Below are positions 37,411 to 49,380 of a DNA stretch of 50,201 nt, piece after piece. A program made the translations under genes and the position numbers. The DNA is from Octopus sinensis (lineage: Eukaryota). The notes beneath the pieces are model-generated. The model searched no databases. It saw only the letters and a list, made by a program, of their open reading frames with translations, and was not told where the DNA came from. The stretch spans positions 1 to 50,201 of the forward strand of contig NW_021834316.1 of NCBI RefSeq assembly GCF_006345805.1, in the 5' to 3' direction. Positions within the stretch are counted from its first letter, which is position 1; every line of letters begins with the position of its first letter.

Positions 37411-38549
37411 TATATATATATATATATAATATATATATATATATATAATACTCCCTTCTTTTTTCCTGTACAGACATTACCTGAAAAAGGTTTGTGTATT
37501 TCTTTCAAGCATTGTCATCAATATTGAGCAGATTTCGATTTTTATTTGATATAGTAATGAGTTATTGGCGCATCGATAGGGCATTAGACTCAATACATCG
37601 AGAATTACGTTTACGTCCAGCATAATTCAATCGCACAAGTGTTTTCTCAAAACATTACCCATCCACTTGCTTTAGAGGTCCCTCTAGAGATATTCCCCAA
37701 ACTCCGCTACAAAACTCTACCTCATCTACATTCCACCCATAATCCGAGCAATGTAGTATACTGAGTGTCTTAATGCTGCAAAATTTATCGAAGGGAAAAC
37801 AAGGAATGAAATTTCTTGAAGCTAATGTCATTAAGAATTTAAAAGGCAAACAGCGGCTTTAATTACGTTTAATGTTGAAAATCAATGAGTTCAATGCTGT
37901 AACTATTCCAGCTATCCACTACACTGAATACGCAGTTTATTTCATCGACTTCTAATTTATGGGAAATAAATTTGACTTCGGCAGGATTTGAACCAATTAT
38001 GTAAAGCACGAGAAAAATGCTGTAATACTTTACTGGATAGAGTAAAGGTTCTCCTTATCCATCACATTTGGTGGAACATTACGAGAGGGAAATTTACAAC
38101 TGCTTCTATTTTTCTATTGGATATATTTTCGACGAGAAAACTGAAAAGATGTGAGCTAATCATAAATGAGTATCTGCCTATTAGCGACAGGAAATCTCAG
38201 ACGAGTGAAGTTTGTTGTTTAGAACAGGAAGCTAGATTGTCTCAAGTAAAACCGGAATCTGTGAACAAAAGTATTGTTCAGTGTCGGCAATAACTCTTCA
38301 ATATTTATTTTCCTTCTACTCCTTTTTTGTCAAAAAATATGGATTCATAGTCAGCCTGAGTGGCTTTTGGTTTATTTTTGTTTTCTATACTCTCACAGAA
38401 GCGTCAGACACCTCCGCACGACAACTATTGGATGGACCTAAATATCAAAAACGCAATGTTTTGAATATTTTTAAAAATTGCTGTGATGGAACGAAATAAA
38501 TATCTATCTGGTCATCTGTGTAGTTTTTCTACAATATATTCCAGGTAGG

Positions 38550-38784
38550 AAGGCGGCGAGCTGGGAGAAACGTTAGCGCGCCGGGCGAAATGTTTAGCGG
38601 TATTTCGTCTGTCGTTACGTTCTGAGTTCTAATTACGCCGAGGTCGACTTTGCCTTTCATCCTTTCGGGGTCAATAAATTAAGTAAAAGTTACGCACTGG
38701 GGTAGATGTAATCGACTTTAATCCCTTTGTCTGTCCTTGTTTGTCCCCTCTATGTTTAGCCCCTTGTGGGTAGTAAAGAAATAT
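38550..38784 (+). mobile_element. Young SINE family B copy with a 16-bp target-site duplication
   Basis: atatattccaggtagg at 38534-38549 and 38785-38800. Confidence 0.93.
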
Positions 38785-39925
38785 ATATATTCCAGGTAGG
38801 TTTAGTGAATTCGTTAAATGAATAAACTTGACAAGGACGAATTTTGACAGCCTTCATCTGAAAAGTTGAAACAATATAAGATAGGGATAACTTCATTTAA
38901 AATACCGGATTTAATGTTAATCTGGTTGATAGTTACATTTCTGTGAGTAGAAGGATTATCCTATATTTCTTTTCGAAATTGCTGAACATGTTCAAACCTA
39001 CTTTACTTGTGATGTATATTAACTGACAACAGATTGGAACTATTTTTTCACTTTGAGAAGCGGAAATTTATTGCACTCGTAAACAAGGAAGTGAAGCAGA
39101 GAGTAAACAGTCGGCAGTACTTGATTATTAAACCAGCAAAGTTAACTCTTTGGAGACATTGGTTGGTGTAACAATTACGAGTTATATTCTTGAAACGACA
39201 GTTATAGAATTGTACCTATGGAAACACTTATTATTACCGGTTGATTGTTTGAATTGCATATATGGTCGTGCTAGACATATGTCATATAATTTTGACTCTC
39301 TATGATTTCAGTTTATAAGGGTTAATATTTTCCTGTCAATATTTCGGTGTCAATAAAATAATTACTTCGAAAAACAACCAACAAGAAGAGAATACGATTG
39401 AAACGATTGCACTTTGTCCTCAGAAATGTCTTCTTATCTCAGTGAAAGAAATCATCAATATATCTGACACTTAAAAGTACATAAAGATCTTATGTTTATC
39501 TTAAGAAGTTTATTTGCTATATTCCGAGAGATAATGAGTGCTGATTCTTCACCTAATATACTAATTGGCCTTGGGTTTTATTTCAACTCGCAGAAAAAGA
39601 AAGCATTATTTTTTCTAGTTACTAGCATCTAGTAGAATATAACAACTCCCACGTCTACATACAACAAAGCAACTCAGCAAAAAAGTGAGAAATGGCTACA
39701 ATTTCAATCGGTAATAAACGTATTTGTTTATTAAGCGTCAGCTGTGAAACAATTTATTTAAATATCGTGCAAATTATCCTTTACACATAACAGCATTTCT
39801 TTAATATGTTTTAAACTGAGACGTAAAGTGTATCTTGTTAATACTAAAAAAACACCTGGTCATTCCCAGTTGTACACTATTATATGTTATGCTAATTATC
39901 CATATATTTTTTATTAATACTACAT

Positions 39926-40012
39926 TCAGTTTCGTTTACCAAATTCTCTCACAAGGCTTTGATCGGCCCGTGGCTATAGCAGAAGACACTTACCCAAGGT
40001 GACATGCAGTCT
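39926..40012 (-). mobile_element. SINE family A fragment
   Basis: cagtttcgtttaccaaattctctcacaaggctttgatcggcccg matches the family A first half. Confidence 0.7.
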
Positions 40013-40139
40013 GCGAGACTTTGCCCTTCAGCTTTTCGAGGTCAATAAAACAATTAACAGTTGAAAATTGGGATCCATGTAATCCACATTCCCCGTCCCT
40101 GAATATTGTCCTGTGCCAAAATTTGAAACCCTTATTATT

Positions 40140-40508
40140 GTTGTTGCTGTTGCTATTGAGCAAACGGTCTTCATCCCAGAGCACGCAAGACGGTGGAAGT
40201 CCGAAACGTGGTCCTTTGCTATTCGTAAGACCCGCAGAAGAGAAAGCAAGTCAACCTCCGACACCGAGAGCATCGACGGATGGATGAATGCGCATCCATG
40301 CTCAGCGGTTGCGTAGGAAGTCGGGGACAAAAAGCAGGAAGAAAGAGTGAGAGAAAGTGGGAGAGAAAGAGTACAACAGGGGTCGCCACCCCACCCCCCT
40401 GCCGGAGCCTCGTGGAGCTTTAGGTGTTTTCGCTCAATAAACACAACGCCTGGTCTGGGAATCGAAACCGCGAGTCCGCTGCCCTAACCACTGGGCCATT
40501 GCGCCTCC
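40140..40508 (-). mobile_element. SINE family C (different 3' region)
   Basis: Same head and body as the 35652 copy; divergent distal half. Confidence 0.85.
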
Positions 40509-41294
40509 TTGCTGTTGCTGTTGTTGTTATTGTTCTAGATGATGTTAGTTATCGTTTGTGCTGTTATTGTTGATATGTGTGTTGTTGTTGTTATAACAGT
40601 TAATATATTGCCTGGCAATTCTTCAGGTGTCTCTGAATTCTGTATCAAATTATTTCCATACATACGCACGTAATATGCATATACGCATACATACGACCAT
40701 ACGTAGATACACCCACACGCACACATACACACACAAACATATCTGTGTGCGTGTGCGTATGAGGGTTTCTGCATACGTAGATAGACACGCATGGTATATA
40801 TTTACTCGACATAATATAATGAGATACATTTAAACGTCTACCTGTATAAAAACACTTTAAACTGTAGTAAAATAACAAACGGTCTGTTTACATAAGGTTG
40901 CATTAAATTATGCTACTCCGAATCCTCTTATTCTTACAGGAAAAATGTATTTTCCGGACTAGCTGTGTCAATGATGGCGTAAAAACATAAACAGCAACAA
41001 CAACATGAAAAACAAAACAGCCAGAACAATAACCACAACACGAATATACTCATCTCCTTGTCTGTCCCTCACAACTACTATACTTCATTTTATGGCTATA
41101 CCAAACGAATTACTTAGCAATGTAAACACATTTTCAATGGATCAGAAAATAACAGAGCCGATTTTTCAATGTTTTTCTCCATTTTTTGGGGGTTTTTTTT
41201 GTTTTATTTTATTTTTATTTTTTTATTTTTTGGTTTGGTCTATGTTTTTACTATCAAAAATATTAATGTACATTGCACAGCAGATCAGTGTAAC

Positions 41295-41625
41295 CATCGT
41301 CGCCGTCGTCGCCGTCGAGTTTGTAGCCGTTGTCATCGTTGTCTCCATCTCTGTCATCGTCGTCAACACCTTGAATATTATCGCAGTTATTATTATCGCC
41401 GACGTCGTCATCGTTATCGTCGTTGTTGCAGTCGTCGTCATAATTATCATCATCATCATCATCATCATTATTATCATTATCATCTCCATCGATGTCTTAC
41501 CCGTTCTCCTTCTCCTCTTGTTCGTTCTTATCATCATCTTCGACATTGTCGTCTTCGTCATCATCCCATTCAGCATTGTCATCGTCATCGTCGTTGTCTT
41601 GGTTATCATCATCATCAACATCATT
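41295..41625. repeat. Degenerate (ATC)n/(GTC)n tract
   Basis: Direct reading. Confidence 0.93.
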
Positions 41626-41631
41626 AGCAAC

Positions 41632-42690
41632 AGGGGTCACGTTCCGCGGGTAAGGCGCTCCACCTGTTGTCAACAACCCCTGAATGGGGGGCTGAGTATA
41701 CCGTGGTTCCTGATGCGCAGACATGCGCTTAGGGAGCCACATCTCTAGCGTTTCTTCGACGGTGAACGGGCGTGGCCGCCGTTTGTTAGACTCGTTCTCC
41801 CACAGCTCGACATTTGGACTGAGCTGCAATCCTGGATTACGCGTAGACCGAGGAGGGGCGCTTGTCACCTTGAGTGCCATCAAGCGCTCACAGTCTTCCA
41901 CCTGTCGGTGGTAGTTCCTCTCTAACATTTTGTAGAGGGTTAGTGGAGGAAAAGTGCTACGACGTTTTCGGGGAAACTGTGGGTATCGACGAGGATCAAC
42001 TCCCCGGATGACTATCAAACCGGGGCCATTGGATAACCTCCTGAAATACCTTCCCTGACACTGCTACCTGTGTGGGGGCGCTGCCGTTCGGGGTCAACTC
42101 TACAGGCACGGAAGTGCCGTCAACCGAGCCTGCCCGAGGTGGGCGCAGAGCGACGAAACTGTTCTGCATGCACTCGTCCAATGCCCGATCATTGCTGACC
42201 TGTGGGTTTATGACGAACACCTGCTGTCACCTGTGTGAAGAAGCCCGCTAGATGTAGCATGGTGGACACGCTTCACAGGGCTAAATACAGACACTTTCCT
42301 CTTTGGCCAAGCCCTCAAAAACTTCAAGTTTCATTTGAAAAAGAACGTGAGGGTGGAGAAGGAAGCGTTGCCTTGTAGCAAAGTTGCTGAAAGGTGAATG
42401 TCGGAAAAGTGACCTGTGTGAAAGGACACATTTTGAGCATGCACCCGTGAAAAATAAAAGAAGGGCTCTCGCCCTGTTGATCAAGCATCCGTGGCTTTTG
42501 TAGGGTTTTTTCCACGAGTAACCTTAAATCGCCTTTTCCTATTAGGAGCCTTATTTGTTTAACGACCAAGTTTTTTTTTGTTTACACGCTTTAAAAACAC
42601 ATTTACATCGTCCTGTCTTTGTCTCTTCATACAACGTTATGTAAACTCATTTTACCAATAAAAGAATTAATTATTATTATTATTATCATT
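41632..42690 (+). mobile_element. 5'-truncated L1/Tx1-clade LINE 3' end
   Basis: GC-rich block. Frameshifted translation gives VRRSTCCQQPLNGGLSIPWFLMRRHAL and LYRHGSAVNRACPRWAQSDETVLHALVQCPIIADLW (zf-RVT-like knuckle, second C mutated to W). AATAAA near 42657, then (ATT)n. Confidence 0.8.
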
Positions 42691-42721
42691 AGTAGTAGTA
42701 GCAGCAGAAGTAATGCAGTAA

Positions 42722-42940
42722 ACAGGGAGAACCATTAGGACGTCGGACAAAAGAAGACTGGCGGCATTTCGTCCATCTTTACGTTCTGGGCTAAACATTC
42801 CGCCTTAGTCGAACTCGCTTTTCATCCTTTCGGGGTCGATACGATGGTAAATACCAGTTACGACTTGGGTCGAGGTAATCGACATAACCGCCACCCCTAT
42901 CATTTCAGGCCTTGTTCCTTTAGATGAAAGAATTATTGTT
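42722..42940 (+). mobile_element. Old SINE family B copy
   Basis: Core cgcttttcatcctttcggggtcgata...aataccagtt. Confidence 0.75.
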
Positions 42941-42990
42941 GTTGTTGTATAGTCAACGCCACCAGCATCAGGATTAAGATTAACTCGATT

Positions 42991-43214
42991 TTACTCTTTT
43001 ACTTGTTTCAGTCATTTTACCGTGACCATGCTGGAGCACCGTCTTTAGTCGAGCAAAATCGATCCGAGGACTTATTCTTTGTAAGCCTAGTACTTATTCT
43101 ATCTCTCTCTTTTGCCGAACCGCTAAGTTACGGCGACGTAAACAGACAGCATCGGTTGTCAAGCGATGTTGTGTGGGACAAACACAGACACACAAACATA
43201 CACATACACATACA

Positions 43215-43276
<62 letters not shown>

Positions 43277-43437
43277 ACGGGGTTCTTTCAGTTTCCGTCT
43301 ACCAAATCCACTCACAAGGCTTTGGTCGTCCCAAAGCTATAGTAGAAGACGCTTGCCCAAGGTGCTACGCAGTGGGACTGAACCCGGAACCAGGTGGTTG
43401 GTAAGCAAGCTACTTACCGCACAGCCACTCCTACGCC
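42991..43437 (-). mobile_element. SINE family A
   Basis: Reverse-complement copy with an expanded internal (TA)n. Confidence 0.9.
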
Positions 43438-43819
43438 TAATCTCAACATTATTATTGTTGCATTTGTTACTATTGTACTTGCTGCAGTTGTAATTATTTA
43501 AAGATTCTAAGTAATTTTATTGCAATTACCGATAGCGCCAGTGTCATTAGATAAAATTATAGACTTACAATTTACGTTATGTTTTTTATTTACTTTCTGT
43601 CATTCCCTCGTTAATTATCTTTGCCATCTACGCTTTTCTTTATTTTATACATATGATTATATATGCATATGCATATCCATATCGTCTAACTCACTTACAT
43701 ATGCACACACATACACACAGAGACAAACACACACAAAGGTACATGCATTATACGATTTTTATCCCAAAGGCTGTAATATGGAAAATTAACGTGTCACTCT
43801 ACATAAATGTGTATACTAA

Positions 43820-43927
43820 TAAATATGTATGTGTATATGTGTGTGTGCGCGTGTATGCGTGTGCGTGTATGTATGTATGTATGTATGCATGTATGTATGT
43901 AAGAATATATGTTTGTATGTATGTGTG

Positions 43928-43959
<32 letters not shown>

Positions 43960-44170
43960 TATATGTATGTGTGTGCGATTGTATGTATGTATGTATGTAT
44001 GTATGTATGTATGTATGTATGTATGTATGTTGTATGTATGTGTGTATATGTATGTATGTATGTATGTATGTATGATATATGTATGTGTGTGCGATTGATG
44101 TATGTATGTATGTATGTATGTATGTATGTATGTATGTATGTATGTGTGTATGTATGTATGTGTGTATGTG

Positions 44171-44202
<32 letters not shown>

Positions 44203-44300
44203 TATATGTATGTGTGTGCGATTGTGTGTATGTATGTATGTATGTATGTATGTATGTATGTATGTATGTGTGTATGTATGTAAGTATATATGTATACAAA
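43820..44300. repeat. (TATG)n tract with a ~120-bp higher-order period
   Basis: The marker gtgtgcgatt recurs with gcgatt at 43975, 44091 and 44218. Confidence 0.95.
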
Positions 44301-44355
44301 CATATATATACGTAAGAGAAACGTAGAGGGTAACCGTTCAGCAAGACTAGACAAA

Positions 44356-44767
44356 TACTCTTTTACTCTTTTACTTGTTTCAGGCATTTGACTGCGGCCA
44401 TGCTGGAGCACCGCCTTCAGTCGAACAAATCGACTCCAAGACTAATTCTTTGTAAGCCTACTACTTATTCTATCATTCTCTTTTGCCGAACCGCTAGGTT
44501 ACGGGGACGTAAACACACCAGCATCGGTTGTCAAGCGATGTTGGGAGGGGGTGCAAACACAGACATTCAAACATATACACACATACATATTTATACATAA
44601 TGTATACGACTGGCTTCTTTCAGTTTCCGTCTACCAAATCCACTCACAAGTCTTTTGTCGACCCGAGGCTAAAGTAGAAGACACTTGCCTAAGGGGACAC
44701 GCAGTGCGAGTAAACCCAGAACCATGTGGTTGGTAAGCAAAATACTAACCACACAGCCAGTCCTACG
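44356..44767 (-). mobile_element. SINE family A (more diverged)
   Basis: Reverse-complement copy. Confidence 0.9.
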
Positions 44768-44771
44768 TATG

Positions 44772-44848
<77 letters not shown>

Positions 44849-45466
44849 AACCAAATCTAACTGTGACCACATTTAGAACTTCATTGACTTTTCAAGTACT
44901 CACGTTGGAAATAGTCAACAGGTTTATCAAAATAATTATTCATGACAGAAGGAATGACCAAACTGTAATTTTATATCTATTTTAATTTGGATCCATTTCC
45001 AAGAATGGACACACACACACGTACACACACTCATATACACTCACACATCACCTCCCCCTACATATGTATATGTATGACAATTATAATTCTCCTTTCTGTT
45101 GAAACATTGCAAACAGCTGTTTGTATTAATTTTATATATACATATTAGCCAATTGGTAAATCATCCAATAATTTGAAGGACGAAAACAAATACTAATGGC
45201 AAAGTGTGACCGAGAAGAGCTGAATAATCGATTCGTCACAAGTTGTAAGGCAAGGGAAATTGCCGAAAAAGACGTCAGTATTAGGAATTCTCGGACAACT
45301 ATGGTCCCTGTTAGTGTATATCACTTTATTCATGTTCGTCATATACAGCATTAGAGCGATTTAGCTCCCATTTCTAGCAATGTAGGTGTTTCCGAATACC
45401 CCACTCATATTTAGTGACATTTGTATATATATAATATATATATATATTATATATATACATATATAC

Positions 45467-45546
<80 letters not shown>

Positions 45547-45551
<5 letters not shown>

Positions 45552-45630
45552 CGGGAAGCTTATGAAAATAAACAAAAGACGAAGGCAGGTGGAATATAAA
45601 CAAACAATTGTATTAGTATGGCGCTCAGGA
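45547..45630 (-). mobile_element. Family F terminal fragment
   Basis: Near-exact reverse complement of 22215-22297. Confidence 0.8.
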
Positions 45631-45642
45631 TATAATAAATAA

Positions 45643-45710
<68 letters not shown>

Positions 45711-46016
45711 TATATATTACGTATATATTTGTTTTGCAAGATTCTTGATGTGAAATCGTGTTTTGAAACAGATATTGTATTTAGTAATGGTCATGTAGTC
45801 AATTTAGCCGAAGTGTGATATAAGCGTGACGAAAGAACTCTGGCCGAAATAAGATAAAGTTTAATGTAAAAAAAAAAAAAATAAAGCTGAAGCAAATTAA
45901 CACCAAATATGTAGTGCGTGTGTTTTTATTGGCTAAACTGGCAACATGACCATTCCTAAATACAACAATATATATATATGTGTGTGATTGTGTGTGAAAG
46001 TACGTGTATGAATGTA

Positions 46017-46235
46017 TACTCTTACTCTTTTACTCTTTTACTTGTTTCAGTCATTTGACTGCGGTCATGCTGGAGCACCGCCTTTAGTCGAGCAAATCGA
46101 CCCCGGGACTTATTCTTTTTGTAAGCCCAGTACTTATTCTATCGATTCTTTTGCCGAACCGCTAAGTGACGGGGACGTAAACACACCAGCATCGGTTGTC
46201 AAGTAATGCTAGGGGGCCAAACACAGACACACAAG

Positions 46236-46269
<34 letters not shown>

Positions 46270-46440
46270 CATATATACGACAGGCTTCTTTCAGTTTCCG
46301 TCTACCAAATCCACTCAGAAGGCATTGGTCGGCCCGGGGCTATAGCAGAAGACACTTGCCCAAGATGCCACGCAGTGGGACTGAACCCGGAACCATGTGG
46401 TTGGTAGCAAGCTACTTACCACACAGCCACTCCTGCGCCT
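46017..46440 (-). mobile_element. SINE family A
   Basis: Reverse-complement copy ending cagccactcctgcgcct. Confidence 0.92.
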
Positions 46441-47125
46441 TGTGTTTTGTATGTTCGTTTCCGTCACTTATCGCTGTCGTTGGATTTAGTGCGTTTCCAT
46501 AAAGATCAATTCCGAAAATGTTTGATGGTAGAATACTGAAGACGGTGACGGTGGTGGACGAAGATGGGGGTGGTTGGAATGACGTTGAAGTCGATGATGA
46601 TAAACCAAATATTAATTCCACTACAACTACCACCCAAACAACAACAACAACACTCCTGTCACTGCGGCTATTGTTCCTACGGTTGCTGTTTTTATAACAA
46701 CGTTGATGAGTATTGCAACGACAACATCAAGAAGAAGATAACACTAGAATTATTGGTAAAGTTAGAGAATATATTTTAGTGTTTTTAATGAGTTTTTAAA
46801 CTTATTAAAAATAAATATGGTTTCTGATTTAGTTGCTGCGCTCAAAAGATATGATTATTCTCTTCAGAAATAAGAAAATTGCTTTCAGCAGTGCAAATAT
46901 TAAATACATACATAATTATACGTTCGTACGTATACACACGCACGCGCATACACACACGGACACATATACACATACACGCAGTTACATACACAAACATACG
47001 CGTACACACACACTCTAACACCGAGTAGTATCAGTCACGAGTAATGATTTTAATTGTGCACATCTGTATGTGTATGCATGTGTGTGTATATGTATACATA
47101 CATACATATATATATATATATGAGA

Positions 47126-47160
<35 letters not shown>

Positions 47161-47239
47161 CACGGACAGACAGAGACAGAGAGAAACAGATAAAAACGTG
47201 TGTGTGTGTATTGAGACAGCAAATTGATTTCGAGCCTTA

Positions 47240-47472
47240 CCTATTTCTTTATTACCCACAAGGGGCTAAACATAGATGGGACAAACAAGGACAGACATAG
47301 GTATTAAGTCGATTACATCGACCCCAGTGCGTAACTGGTACTTAATTTATTGACCCCGAAAGGATGAAAGGCAAAGTCGACCTCGGCAGAATTTGAACTC
47401 ACAACGCAACGGCAGCCGAAATACCGCTAAGTATTTCACCCGACGTGCTAACGGTTCTGCCAGCTCGGCGCC
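47240..47472 (-). mobile_element. Young SINE family B copy
   Basis: Reverse complement of the 38550-38784 type. Confidence 0.92.
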
Positions 47473-47879
47473 TTACCGTTGCATGGTTGTTGTTTTTAAA
47501 GTAGCAGGGATGTGGCTATTGAGTCCTCTTTGTGATCTACAATCCTTTGTATTGATTTGGTAATGATAAGCAACCTTTGGAGCAGGTGCAACTCACAGTC
47601 TGACATCATTTCATCATGAAAATTTTCTTTGAGTGATTTACCGCTCTAACGCTACGATCCCCCACAGAATACATCGCATAATATATATGTTACATATAAA
47701 GCAATACCTGTGTCTGAACCGATTTCAAGTTAGGAAGTGTATAGTACAGGGTTTATCCCGCTCTCTTAACAACCTGCGTATTGGCCGAGAAAGAACTGGC
47801 CTACATTATTAAATGCATATTCAAGTCGCAGATATTACATGAGAGTTTACTGGTTCCTAGAGAAATATGTAAACAAAGT

Positions 47880-48265
47880 GGAGACGCAATGGCCCAGTGG
47901 TTAGGGCAGCGGACTCGCGGTCATAGGATCGCGGTTTCGATTCCCAGACCGGGCGTTATGAGTGTTTATTGAGCGAAAACACCTAAAAAAAAAAGCTCCA
48001 CGAGGCTCCGGCAGGGGATGGTGGTGATCCCTGCTGTACTCTTTCACTACAACTTTCTCTCACTCTTACTTCCTGTTTCTGTTGTACCTGTATTTCAAGG
48101 GGCCGACCTTGTCACTCTCTGTGTCACGCTGAATATCCCCGAGAACTACGTTAAGGGTACACGTGTCTGTGGAGTGCTCAGCCACTTACACGTTAATTTC
48201 GCGAGTAGGCTGTTCCGTTGATTCGGAACCCTCATCGTCGTAACCGACGGAGTGCTTCCATCCAT
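47880..48265 (+). mobile_element. SINE family C (third 3' variant)
   Basis: A box TGGCCCAGTGG, B box GGTTTCGATTCCC, family C body. Confidence 0.88.
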
Positions 48266-48600
48266 GTAAACAAAGATTACGGTTTCTCACTGCCATCTGT
48301 CGGATGACCGTTGGTATTACTGAATTTCTCGTCTCTTTCACGGGTTTTGTTTATGTTCCCGAAAAGTGTCCAACAACAACCGGCCCACTTACAAAGAATG
48401 CATGGCAGGGTTGCCGGTTTAGTCGGCGAAAAACCCAACCATGCGGTGTGCTGTACTGAGATACATCAAAAGACATTTCTATGCACATATTCTTACACTT
48501 AATAGGATTAATAGGACATACACAACATATATTCAAGTGGCCCCAGCATGGCCACAGTCTAGTGACTGAAACAAGTAAAACATAAAAGTAATAAAAGATA

Positions 48601-48960
48601 TACAGTTCTATATTGAAGAGATGAGGAATTATGTACATTATTTACATTAGTTACTTTGACGGATATTTTTCCTCATCATATGGCGTAGTGGTTAAGAGTG
48701 CGGGCTACTTACCCCAAGATTCCGAGTTCGATTCCAGGCAGTGAAATGAATAACAACAACAACAACAATAATAATAAGAAGAAGAAGAAAAGAAGGAAGT
48801 AAAAGAAGAATAGTAATAATAACATACAATAGGAATGAGAGCCCAGGTTCGAAATTTTCCCAAAACACCTGATGAAGGCTGTGGGTTATATCAGCAGAAA
48901 CGTTGTGTTAACAAGATAAGGACAAATATCCATGAAATGTAAATAATGTAAATGATGTAA
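48601..48960 (+). mobile_element. Chimeric short element: inverted terminal segment, tRNA-like head, (AAC/AAT/AAG)n, hammerhead-bearing tail
   Basis: A box TGGCGTAGTGG 48681-48691; B box GAGTTCGATTCC 48724-48735; hammerhead fold 48864-48909; 48634-48677 is an inverted copy of 48915-48950. Confidence 0.7.
48864..48909 (+). ncRNA. Minimal type-I hammerhead ribozyme motif (one stem-II closing mismatch)
   Basis: AACAC / CUGAUGA / A / GGCUG-loop-CAGCA / GAAAC / GU-U / GUGUU. Stem I is 5 bp; stem III is the palindrome AACGUU. Confidence 0.6.
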
Positions 48961-49024
48961 ATAAAAGATATATGTATGAATAAGGCGCCTTGTCTATGAT
49001 TATATATATATCTGAATATACACT

Positions 49025-49069
<45 letters not shown>

Positions 49070-49074
49070 ATATA

Positions 49075-49380
49075 CATAGCTATTGAATTAAAGGGAAGAC
49101 CGCGAACCTGCAGAATCATTAGCACCCCGGACAAAGTGATCTGAGTTCATATTCCGCCGTGGTCGATTTTGCCTTTTATCATTTCATGATCGTTAGAATA
49201 GGTATCAGTTGAACGCTGGGAGTGGATATAATCTACTTTCTCTTCCGCTAAAACTGTTGGGTTATGTCAAAATGTAAAACCAAGTCAACCTCGACGGAAT
49301 TTGAACTCAGAACGTAAAGATAGACGAAATACCGCTAAGCATGTCGCCCGGCGTGCTAACTATTCCGCCAGCTCACCACC
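49075..49380. mobile_element. Old SINE B (+, about 49075-49280) abutting a minus-strand B head fragment (49281-49380)
   Basis: Family B core, then the reverse-complement head gtcaacctcgacggaatttgaactcagaacg...gccagctcacc. Confidence 0.75.

Noticed and set aside
37480-39900. Long unique AT-rich stretch as a possible transposase or exon
   Set aside because: No consistent reading frame or motif recognised.
41497-42018. 173-aa minus-strand ORF
   Set aside because: Antisense to the Tx1/L1 coding fragment, with a microsatellite-derived acidic tail.
47880-47960. tRNA genes at SINE heads (also 3081, 19154, 30759, 48681)
   Set aside because: A/B boxes are present but there is no complete cloverleaf, and each continues into a repeat body.
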